DNA from: an uncultured Spirochaetota bacterium | GTDB taxonomy: Bacteria; Spirochaetota; Brevinematia; Brevinematales; JAOACQ01 | Assembly: GCA_963835575.1 (NCBI GenBank) | Contig: CAWIGG010000002.1 | Location: 960,001 to 1,024,000 of the forward strand | Length of the DNA: 64,000 bases | Direction: 5' to 3' | Shown here: piece by piece, positions 31,124 to 39,652 of the stretch | How the letters are laid out: the number at the start of each line of letters is the position of its first letter | Numbering within the stretch: position 1 is the first letter of the stretch | Program-made: the position numbers and the translations under genes | Notes under the pieces: generated by a model | What the model was told of the DNA's origin: nothing | Databases searched by the model: none | What the model saw: the letters and a program-made list of their open reading frames with translations, nothing else

Positions 31124-31523
31124 TGATAATAGACAATCCATTCATTCTCTGTAATAGTTTCGATCTTTTTACTGACATCATTGCCATGAAATTCTTTATG
31201 CTTTGATGCATCTTTCAGCAGTGAAATACAATTTTGCATGCTGACCCTGTCAGTAGTTGTCGCGATATATTCTATTAATGGTACAACTTCATTGCTTTCA
31301 TTAGTTCGTTCTGAAATACAGCTTCGAACCGTTATTTTACCGTCATCGATTTTATCTGTTTTCCACTCATTTGTTTGAGCAAATAAATTTGTGCAGAGGA
31401 ACATCATACAGAGTATAATAAGTCTTAATAATGCTCTCACGGTCCCTGAAGTCTGTTTGTTTAATTTCATAATTTTCCCCCTTTGTTTGCTTTGATATTG
31501 CCTGTTCTTTACTTTTTATTTTT

Positions 31524-32099
31524 TCAAAAAAAGATCCTGACCCCGCCGCCGATGACAGTTCCGCCGTTATATGCACCATCTTTCGAAGAAATTCCAAGAC
31601 CGGGGCCAAATTCGATGAAAAATGTGTTTTTTCCGAATGACAGGAACTCTGCGCCGACTAAAAAATTGATAAAGTAGGCTTGGCCTTCAAAGGCATCTTT
31701 TATTCCGAATTCTCCGCCAATGGCAATTCCTTGATAAACCCGTATTAACGATTGAAAGTCTTCGGAAAAAAATATACCGAATGACGGCATTGCATACAAA
31801 ATATTAAGACCATTTTCATAATCATTAACAACACTCAAATCCAGCCGTAAGTTCACATTCTTAAATTGGTATCCTCCCTGTAAACCGGACGCGGAATATT
31901 TTGAGTATAAATATGCCGGCGCAGAAATGTAAAAACCCATACTTTTTGAATCAATTACAGTCTTTCCAATAGAAATTACTGGATCCTGCGCAGGAACATT
32001 TTCTGCAAATACTAATGGGCTAACCGCAAAGAGCACTAAAAAGACCAGGACCATTTTTTTCAATCGAACTTTCGAGAGTACCTTAAGATTTTCTTTCAT
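31524..32099 (-). CDS. exported hypothetical protein, possible small beta-barrel
   Basis: GGAGG SD, signal peptide (PLVFA), amphipathic beta strands, C-terminal GGGVRIFF. Confidence 0.6.
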   Translation of the reverse strand: MKENLKVLSKVRLKKMVLVFLVLFAVSPLVFAENVPAQDPVISIGKTVIDSKSMGFYISAPAYLYSKYSASGLQGGYQFKNVNLRLDLSVVNDYENGLNILYAMPSFGIFFSEDFQSLIRVYQGIAIGGEFGIKDAFEGQAYFINFLVGAEFLSFGKNTFFIEFGPGLGISSKDGAYNGGTVIGGGVRIFF

Positions 32100-32249
32100 A
32101 TATATTCCTCCAGATTTAATTTGATTTACTGATCTCGCTCCGATTTGCTTAACTCGGAATTAAAGTTATCCGCCCACACATACGGCAGCCAAAGCTGAAA
32201 CGTAAGAATTATAAGATTAAGCAAACAAAAAATAGATCAGTAATCACGA

Positions 32250-32951
32250 TTATATCTGCTTGGCAGAACCGGAAGCGATTACAGATGGATTGAACCCTTT
32301 CACTATCAGCCATACCGCTAAAACCATTTCCTGTAAGGCTATTGGAAAACTTAATAATACCTGTACCGCCGACATATTACTGATGAGACGGAACATAACT
32401 AACATAGTTGATATTATGGTTAAAGTAATTCCAATAAGACCCCAGCCCGACAGCCATCGGGGAATAAGTTTTGTCTGATAAAACAGCGAATAATACATGA
32501 GAGCGCCAATGCACCAGGCCAGTAACATTGTCAGGCTCACCCATTCACGTCCTGCGAGTAATAACGCGCCAATGGTTTGAAAATAAGATGTATCCGGAGT
32601 TCCGCCTTTTACAAATTCCCGGCTTAATGTCAATAACAGCAGCAGGCTGATTACACCGACAATATCGAGAGCACCCTCCATAAGCCTGAAGCAAACCGAC
32701 CCAAGAGCCAGACCTTCATTATGTTTTCTTAAGACCGGATACAGTGAAATTGCTATACCTGCGCATGCGAAAGCCATAATTAACACAAGAAGCGCTCCTA
32801 TTATTACCTGGTTTTCATTTGAGGAAATTTTAATCAGATAATCCGGAGTACCCAGAATAGGTCCAGTAAAAGCAAGACTCACTGTGCCTGCAGCAGTTCC
32901 AATAATAAATAACACTCCCGCGATTATCGCGATCTTTCTGTTTGAATTCAT
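32250..32951 (-). CDS. DUF4386 family membrane protein
   Basis: AIIAGVLFII, LYPVLRKH, FR..EG, LIPRWLS.WG, E..LAVWLIVKGF. Confidence 0.87.
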   Translation of the reverse strand: MNSNRKIAIIAGVLFIIGTAAGTVSLAFTGPILGTPDYLIKISSNENQVIIGALLVLIMAFACAGIAISLYPVLRKHNEGLALGSVCFRLMEGALDIVGVISLLLLLTLSREFVKGGTPDTSYFQTIGALLLAGREWVSLTMLLAWCIGALMYYSLFYQTKLIPRWLSGWGLIGITLTIISTMLVMFRLISNMSAVQVLLSFPIALQEMVLAVWLIVKGFNPSVIASGSAKQI

Positions 32952-33212
32952 TTAGTCCTCCTTATTTTGGTTTAATTGGACTTCGATGACCGAAACCAAT
33001 GACATTCCTAAATCACGCACTTTTTTGAGCAATCCATGCAATGCAGACTGATCGGCCACCGGGCCGGTTAAAAGAGTATCACCGTTGTCTTCCAGAGAAA
33101 TGGTCAGGCCTTCAAACCAGTCTGTCCATTGATGATCAATATGATCCTTGATCCTGATCTGATAGGTCATGGACTGGCCCGGATCGATTCCTTGCTTGAG
33201 TTTGTTTGACAT
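32952..33212 (-). CDS. small conserved protein of the type found beside MalT-like LuxR/DUF4386 genes
   Basis: YQIRIK.H...W.DWFEGLTI...T.LTGPV.DQ.ALHGLLKKVRDLG..L.SV; AGAGGT SD before ATG 33212. Confidence 0.75.
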   Translation of the reverse strand: MSNKLKQGIDPGQSMTYQIRIKDHIDHQWTDWFEGLTISLEDNGDTLLTGPVADQSALHGLLKKVRDLGMSLVSVIEVQLNQNKED

Positions 33213-33352
33213 TACCATATACCTCTTATAGCCTGTCATAACAGACTTGTTGTAAACTTTCTTTACAATGGGGGTATAAATACTCCCATCGGACTCTTCA
33301 GAGTGTGAGACAGTAGTAATGCACAAAAAGTCTGACAATATTATAGATGCAG

Positions 33353-33413
33353 TAAGGTATGACTTTGAAGATACTAAAGTACTGTTTTGAGGTATGGTTT
33401 TAAGGTAGGGTTT
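33353..33413. promoter_or_regulatory. 13-bp direct repeats, candidate binding sites for the LuxR regulator
   Basis: TAAGGTATGACTT (33353), TAAAGTACTGTTT (33375), TGAGGTATGGTTT (33388), TAAGGTAGGGTTT (33401). Confidence 0.5.
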
Positions 33414-33454
33414 TGTTTTATTTGTTCCAGTTTTGCGGGAAAACTGACGTTTTG

Positions 33455-36103
33455 CTACAGCAGGCCCAACTCGCGGGCGCGTACTGCGGCTTCTGAGCGG
33501 CTTTGAACTTGTAGTTTGTCAAAAATATTCTTATTATGGCCTTTAACGGTACTCAAGGCGAGGAATAGCCGCTGGCAAATCTCATGATTCGAAAGTCCCT
33601 GTGCAATAAGCCGGAGTATTTCTAACTCACGCTGACTCAGCGGCTCGATAAGGGGCTGGGAAGGGGGCAGATGAGAATTGTTTACTCTCTTCTGCTCCTC
33701 AGCCTTAAATGCAGCCAGCAGCTTACCGATATAATCCGGCATAATCCCGCGAGCAGCGGTTTTTGACAATAGCCTGGCCATCGGAATGCCTTCGTCGACA
33801 AAGATACGGATAAAGCCACCCGGTTCTGCCAAAGCCAGCACATCAATCAGCAGCTGGACAGCCTTGTCTTTTTCGCCATTTTCATACAAAGCGACCGACT
33901 GTAGAACCATCACCTTGAGCCGTTCATCTTTCCAATCCTTAGCTTCCATCTGCAAGCGTAATGGCTCCAGTAAGGCCAGTGCCGCGGACGGGTTTCCCTG
34001 GGCCAGGAGTACCCGGGCCTGGGTGGCGGGAAGTTTGTGTTTTTGAGCCAGATGAGAGGCTGCCGCTAGATTACCCTGATGCAGCAGCGTAAGCACTTGC
34101 GCGGCAGCTACCTCGGGCATCCGATAGACGAAGTTATTCTGGCGTACGGACTGATCGGCCTCCGCTAAAATTGCAGCCGCGCCGTCCACATTTCCCCGGG
34201 CTAGTTTCAGGCGGACAAGAAACAACTCACTGATAACGAATCTGTCAATAACACTATCAAACTGACGCGCCAGTTGAAGGCTCTGTTGCCCGTGCTGAAG
34301 CGCGGTATCCAGATCGTTCCATTCGTAATAAATGCGGGCCAGGCCAAGATGCACTTCGCAGGCATTGGGCTGCGGATGATCCCCAAACAATTGCAGAACA
34401 CGGCGGTAGGTCTCGGCTGCCGGATAAAGCTGGTTTTCTAATTCCTGTATTTGACCCAGACCGCTTGTGGCCAATATAATGGAAAAGATATCCCCTGACG
34501 CCTGGATAATTGATAAGGCTTCCATATATGCCTTGCCAGCCGCGGCACGGTTCCCCATGAGATGATGGGCAACTGCCATCGTCCAGACAGCAGTAAAACG
34601 GAATGGTAAGTTGTCAGGGTGCAGATACTCAAGAGCGCGGTGTGACTGGGCGATGATGGTTTCTACCTGATACTGAGTGAGGGCCAATGTAGCCCTAGCG
34701 GCAGCAATTTGTCCCATAAGGTTTCGGGTCATGTCGTCCGGCTCAGCGGCTTTCAAGGCTGCTTCAGCAGCTTGTAGTTTCTCTTCCACACCGGTTGTCT
34801 GGCCAATAACCAGTGACAATGCTGCATACCTTACCCATAACGAGGGCCTGGCGTCCAGTACCATTGTCGGTAGTGATGCCAGCCAGTCGAGTATAGCGGA
34901 AACCGTACCGCGAAAGTGCAGGGACATACCCCCTTTATCAATCAGCCGTTCAGCGCGTTCAATATCATTTGCAGCAGTAGCATGATGAAACGCTTCAAGA
35001 TCCAGGCCATTGCCTTCAAACCATATGCTGGCACGTATATGATATTTGGCCACATTTCCCTTCGGATCCTCAGTGGACGAAGAAGCATTCTGGAGCAGTC
35101 GCTGCCGCAGAAAGCCGGCGAAAAGATGGTGATATCGGTACCAACGCCGTTCGTTATCCAGGGGGACTATAAACAGATTTGCGCTTTCGGCATATTCCAG
35201 GGTTTCTTGTCCGGAAGAAGAGGGGGCAAGCAAAACAGCATCACAAAGCGGTCCGCACATGCGGTCGAGGATCGAAGTACACAGCAAAAATTCCTGGATC
35301 CTTTCGGACTGCTGATGCAGTACTTCTTCAACCAGATAATCCAGGACAAAATGGTGGCTGCCGGTGAAGGATTTTATGAATCCGGCGGCGTCTTTATGTC
35401 CATGCATTGAAATCGCTGCTAGTTGCAGACCGGCTATCCAGCCTTCTGTGCGGGTTTCCAGTGCGGTGATGCCTTCTACCGAGAGGTTCAGCCCCATCAC
35501 CTGGTTGAGAAAACCTGCGGCTTCGGAGGAAGTAAAACGCAAGTCAGCGGCGCGTAGTTCGGTCAATTGGCCCCGAGCGCGTAACCGGGCAAGCGGTAGA
35601 TCCGGATCCTCACGGGTAGCGATGACCAGGTGCATCTGCGGCGGCAGGTGCTCAAGCAGAAAGGCGAGGGCATTATCAAGTGGTTTGGCATTAATAACAT
35701 GGTAGTCGTCAAGGACGAAGATAAAATTGTCCGGTACGGTATTGATTTCATTGAGCAGGGCCGTTAAAATCGATTCGGTTTGTGGTGGTTGAGGGGATTG
35801 GAGTAATCCCAAGACACCTTCGCCAATATTCTTTGCAATCGTCTGCAAGGCAGCAACGAGGTAAGCCAGAAAAATTGAAGGATCTTTATCCCCTTCGTCC
35901 AGCGACAGCCACGCAACTGGCCGGCCGCAACCGGTAACCCATTCGCTGATCAGTGTGGTTTTGCCAAAGCCTGCAGGAGCAGATATAAGGGTCAGTTTGC
36001 GTTGCAGGCCCTCATTTAACCGCTCGATCAGGCGAGGACGAAGGACAACCTTAGCCCGAGGCGGAGTAATATAAAGTTTAGTAGTTAAAATTGATTTAGA
36101 CAT
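33455..36103 (-). CDS. MalT-like STAND ATPase / LuxR transcriptional regulator
   Basis: TKL..P, APAGFGKTT, WLSLD, LDDYH, TEGW.AGL, WYRYHHLF, TPR region, C-terminal LuxR HTH. Confidence 0.93.
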   Translation of the reverse strand: MSKSILTTKLYITPPRAKVVLRPRLIERLNEGLQRKLTLISAPAGFGKTTLISEWVTGCGRPVAWLSLDEGDKDPSIFLAYLVAALQTIAKNIGEGVLGLLQSPQPPQTESILTALLNEINTVPDNFIFVLDDYHVINAKPLDNALAFLLEHLPPQMHLVIATREDPDLPLARLRARGQLTELRAADLRFTSSEAAGFLNQVMGLNLSVEGITALETRTEGWIAGLQLAAISMHGHKDAAGFIKSFTGSHHFVLDYLVEEVLHQQSERIQEFLLCTSILDRMCGPLCDAVLLAPSSSGQETLEYAESANLFIVPLDNERRWYRYHHLFAGFLRQRLLQNASSSTEDPKGNVAKYHIRASIWFEGNGLDLEAFHHATAANDIERAERLIDKGGMSLHFRGTVSAILDWLASLPTMVLDARPSLWVRYAALSLVIGQTTGVEEKLQAAEAALKAAEPDDMTRNLMGQIAAARATLALTQYQVETIIAQSHRALEYLHPDNLPFRFTAVWTMAVAHHLMGNRAAAGKAYMEALSIIQASGDIFSIILATSGLGQIQELENQLYPAAETYRRVLQLFGDHPQPNACEVHLGLARIYYEWNDLDTALQHGQQSLQLARQFDSVIDRFVISELFLVRLKLARGNVDGAAAILAEADQSVRQNNFVYRMPEVAAAQVLTLLHQGNLAAASHLAQKHKLPATQARVLLAQGNPSAALALLEPLRLQMEAKDWKDERLKVMVLQSVALYENGEKDKAVQLLIDVLALAEPGGFIRIFVDEGIPMARLLSKTAARGIMPDYIGKLLAAFKAEEQKRVNNSHLPPSQPLIEPLSQRELEILRLIAQGLSNHEICQRLFLALSTVKGHNKNIFDKLQVQSRSEAAVRARELGLL

Positions 36104-36346
36104 AGATTAATTATAAATCGACGTTAGAATTATTGCGATCATCTTTCTTTTCTCCTTTAGTTGTTATTCTGTTCAATTTTCACAACTAATTAAAAATTTA
36201 CATTAATTTTATGATAGTACTTTGGGACTATTTTCTCAAGTTATTCAATTAAATAAGACTCTTGTGTCTAAGGATTTCGAACACTTAGTGATTAAAATCA
36301 AATGTAGCCTTCGATTTGCCTGATACACTCTTTGAGCGGCAACCCT

Positions 36347-36480
36347 TTAGATTGGTTTATTTCTACTTCACGTAGTTTCTGGATGATTTGTTCCGGCGTG
36401 AATTTTTTTTTGGCATTTTTTTGCCCTCCTGTTATTATATACTAACTTAACAGGTGGACCGAATTTTGGGGAGAAGGTCG
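36347..36480 (-). mobile_element. IS3-family left-end remnant with frameshifted orfA start
   Basis: Minus strand: IRL-like CGACCTTCTCCCCAAAATTCGGTCCA, AGGAGG SD, ATG at 36416, then after a slip in an A9 run KFTPEQIIQKLREVE. Confidence 0.65.
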
Positions 36481-37040
36481 TTTTTTGAAGATAATACCAT
36501 TATCTTCAGCCTCGGCTCACTGGCTTAAAGGGGGGCACTAAAATGCGAGTGCGTTTAACTTCCAGGGAAAAAATCCCCGGCCAGGCCGAAATTCGACCGG
36601 CTTGGCAAATACGTCTGGATCGCTTCCTATTGCGGCATTACGGTTTTTGAGATCGTTTGAGGTATGTAACCGATTCTTATATCTTTACTTGAATATGGTG
36701 AAAAAAAGGGTATATCAGGTACTAAATTTGAAGACATTGTTACCGATTTTCGTTTTAAGGGGATTTTACCACAAAATACTTCTAAGCATTATTCGTTATT
36801 ATTCAACGAAATAGTAGAATGGACAAATAAATCTAAGCATATATGGTTAAAGTCTTATAATAAATAATGATTGCCAACTTAAGACAACAGCGGCTAAAAC
36901 GTTTCGGTGTTCACCGCTAACGGCGGCTCCACTCGCCCTGCCGTCGGTATGCCGTAGTAGCGCATCGCCGCACCGTTAAATTGACAGCAGGAGCGATAGG
37001 AACTACAATCTTTCTGTTAATCGCCGCACAGGAGGCCGCC

Positions 37041-37620
37041 ATGAACTTTTTCCGCAATTTCACCGCCCCGCTCTGGGAGATATTCTCCGGCAATCTTCTG
37101 CTTTTATTCTGCAGCCTGTTTTATCTTGCCTGGTGGGCTGTCTCCTACCGGCCGAATTCATCCGCTGGGCCGGTCGGCGGGTTATACCTCGCGGCCGCTT
37201 TTATCATGGGAGTCGCCGCGATAGCGCTGATGTCCGGCGGTGTTAGCGCGCTTTCCCAGAATTCAAAGGGTCTGCCGGTGAGGTTCATCCTGCTGGGCGG
37301 TGCCGCAATGTTTCTCGTTCTGATACCGGTCACAACCATAGCATTTCACCGGATAGTGACATCGGAACTGATCATAATCCATATCTGGGCGGTGCTGGAG
37401 CTGTGCATGCTTGCCGTGCTGTTACGGCACAGGGCGCTTCGGCGCGGGCCGTGCAGTGACGCTGGCGTCCCTTGTTTTAATCGCCTTCGCCGTCAGTCTG
37501 GTCTGCTACATCCTGCATTACCGTCTGGACGAGACGGCAGGCTACTGGAACGGCATGGTCCCGCTGATAACGGACGCGTTCGTGATGGCGGTTTTCCTGG
37601 CGGTTTTGGCGGTTTCATAA
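37041..37620 (+). pseudogene. membrane protein gene with a +1 frameshift near 37422
   Basis: CAGGAGG SD. The hydrophobic frame continues as (LAVL)YGTGRFGAGRAVTL... in another frame; an extra T in CTGTTAC explains the shift. Confidence 0.75.
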
Positions 37621-37651
37621 GCTCTAAGAACACAAATATAAATTACAATAA

Positions 37652-37855
37652 GGGCAGTTCTAAAAACTCAAATATTTAGAACTGCCGCTATTGTATGAGT
37701 TCATGCTACCGCTCGAGTTCGCTGTCTGAAAAGAAAGCCGACCAGCGAACTCTATACGGTAGCGCCATTTGCATTCACAAGGAATTTTTTAACCGGGGCA
37801 GTTCCAAAACCTGTTGTGGAAATATCTGATAAATTTTTAGTTTTTGGAACTGCCC
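37652..37855. mobile_element. 204-bp IS5-like MITE
   Basis: TIRs GGGCAGTTCTAAAAACT / AGTTTTTGGAACTGCCC (16/17), flanking ATAA duplication; each end is itself a hairpin; central hairpin at 37705-37763. Confidence 0.75.
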
Positions 37856-38452
37856 ATAAATTAATTACTATTTTCATAATGAATTTGGTCCCTTGATATA
37901 AATACTGCCAAATTGGGGTCTATATAAAAATTTCAATCAAATAAAACAAGGCTCATTCATAAAATTCTTTTTTCCACCGGGCGTAGCCCGCCTTCAATCT
38001 CCGTTCCCTTCCCCGTTCGTGATCTTAATGTCCCTCTTTGTGTTTAACCCCGTCATGCAACGAATTAAATCCTTGCAACTTAAAATATAACAAAAGCAAA
38101 GAAATTCAACCTTCTCTCCGTGCCCTCCGTCCCCCGGCGCCTGCCCTGGGCCTGCCGAAGGGTGCTCTCTGTGGTTTCCTGATTGCTTATGTCAGATTTC
38201 ACGTAAGCAACGGATTAATTAATAATGCCCCGTCATAAAGATAAAATCCGCGCGAATCCGCCTCATCCGCGTAATCCGTGTGCAGAATCGGATATTACAA
38301 TCAAGCTTCTTAAACATGAGCTTAAATATAATAATAGAAGATACGTTAATCCCTTCGTTCTTCCCGTCTTCCTTCTTCCTGTTAATATTTTCTCCCTCTT
38401 CTTTCTTGAAAAATAAATCCATGCCGCTTATAATAATGGACTTTAACAGTCT

Positions 38453-38540
38453 GGAGAGATGCCCGAGCGGTCGAAGGGGGCACCCTGCTAAGGTGTTGTA
38501 CCCCATAAGGGTACCGAGGGTTCGAATCCCTCTCTCTCCG
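38453..38540 (+). tRNA. tRNA-Ser(GCT)
   Basis: Acceptor GGAGAGA/TCTCTCC, anticodon arm GCACC-CTGCTAA-GGTGT, long variable arm, TTCGAAT loop; CCA not encoded. Confidence 0.97.
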
Positions 38541-38550
38541 CGTTTTTATG

Positions 38551-38583
38551 ATAGGGCAGTTCTGATTTTTAGGACTGCCCTAT
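38551..38583. repeat. hairpin of the GGGCAGTTC family, probable tRNA terminator
   Basis: ATAGGGCAGTTCT / AGGACTGCCCTAT. Confidence 0.6.
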
Positions 38584-38653
38584 ATTCATTCCGTTTGATA
38601 ATAAAATATGATGTCTTAAATCCGGTGGTTCCGGAATTGATATTGACTGGAGG

Positions 38654-39301
38654 ATGAATATGAAGAAATTGATATCAGGATTAATATTTTTGGTACTTTT
38701 CTTTGCTCCGCTTGGTCTTTTCGGCATCGATATATTTGACGCGGCGACAAACAGCAATACGAACTCTGTGTCCGTTTACATAAAAAGCGGCGGGGATGTC
38801 AACGCGAAGGACAGCGCTTCCGGTGCGACGGCTGTCATCTGGGCGGCACAATACGGACGTACGGATGTCATCAAGCTCCTGACAGGGGCAAAGGCCGATG
38901 TCAACGCGGCTGACAGGGACGGCAAAACGGCATTGATGTGGGCGGCATTCAACGGTTATACAGACGCTGTAAAGTTTCTACTCGGCGCGAAAGCTAAAGT
39001 CAATACGAAAACAAAGTTCGGCTGGACGGCCCTGATGTCTGCCGCGGCCAGAGGCCGGACGGACATCCTGAAGCTTCTGCTCAAAGCCGGAGCCGATGTC
39101 AATCTCAAAACAAAGGACGGGTGGACGGCCCTGATGTCCGCGGCCGCCAATGGACAGATTGAAGCGGTCAAACTTCTCTTCACGGCCGGTGCCGGCGTCA
39201 ATGTAGAGGGAAAGGACGGCTGGACCGCGTTAAGGCTTTCAGTCAAAAACCATCATGATGAAATGACCGCGCTTCTTAAAAAGCTGGGGGCCAGGGAATA
39301 A
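38654..39301 (+). CDS. exported ankyrin-repeat protein
   Basis: GGAGG SD, signal peptide, about five G.TALM.AA..G....K.LL..GA.VN repeats. Confidence 0.93.
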   Translation: MNMKKLISGLIFLVLFFAPLGLFGIDIFDAATNSNTNSVSVYIKSGGDVNAKDSASGATAVIWAAQYGRTDVIKLLTGAKADVNAADRDGKTALMWAAFNGYTDAVKFLLGAKAKVNTKTKFGWTALMSAAARGRTDILKLLLKAGADVNLKTKDGWTALMSAAANGQIEAVKLLFTAGAGVNVEGKDGWTALRLSVKNHHDEMTALLKKLGARE

Positions 39302-39313
39302 GCTTATCCTCAA

Positions 39314-39508
39314 TTATGATTCATAGCATAACGCGGACGGGCTGATTAATATTCCCCTGATTGAGTTATCATAGCTGTTGCAATTTTTTGCTTCCGCTTT
39401 GCATTCGTATTGAAGCCTGCTGTCTTCCCGGCTGCGGCAGTCAAAACTCTTTTGTACAAGGACCGAACTGATCGCCGACAAAGTAAATATATTTTCAAAT
39501 GAAATCAT
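39314..39508 (-). CDS. possible 64-aa hypothetical protein
   Basis: AGGAG SD before ATG 39508; no recognisable domain. Confidence 0.3.
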   Translation of the reverse strand: MISFENIFTLSAISSVLVQKSFDCRSREDSRLQYECKAEAKNCNSYDNSIRGILISPSALCYES

Positions 39509-39652
39509 ATTATACTCCTTACAAGTAATATAATAAACTATCCGGGAATTGTAAAATGCGCTCTTAAAATTTGTCATTTGTTATGGTATAGGATAGAATA
39601 ATGATATTGAAACCATCTGGCTTATTAATAACATTTCATAAAGGAAGGATCG

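Larger units (their letters stand above)
29230..31470 (-). pseudogene. exported START/SRPBCC-like protein split by IS1380
   Basis: Removing the IS and one TGATA joins 31470-31124 to 29542-29230 in frame (EWIVYYHTKGGPFSDIDCVAKMSFSED), giving 219 aa with a signal peptide. The START call is from motif pattern only. Confidence 0.8.

Noticed and set aside
38125..38140. Possible att copy of the tRNA-Leu 3' end
   Set aside because: Short imperfect match and no integrase in the window.
38038..38657. ORFs overlapping tRNA-Ser and the upstream repeats
   Set aside because: They span a tRNA and repeat DNA and show no protein motifs.
38760..39240. ~99-bp periodic DNA repeats (possible CRISPR array)
   Set aside because: They are coding ankyrin repeats; no unique spacers or cas genes.
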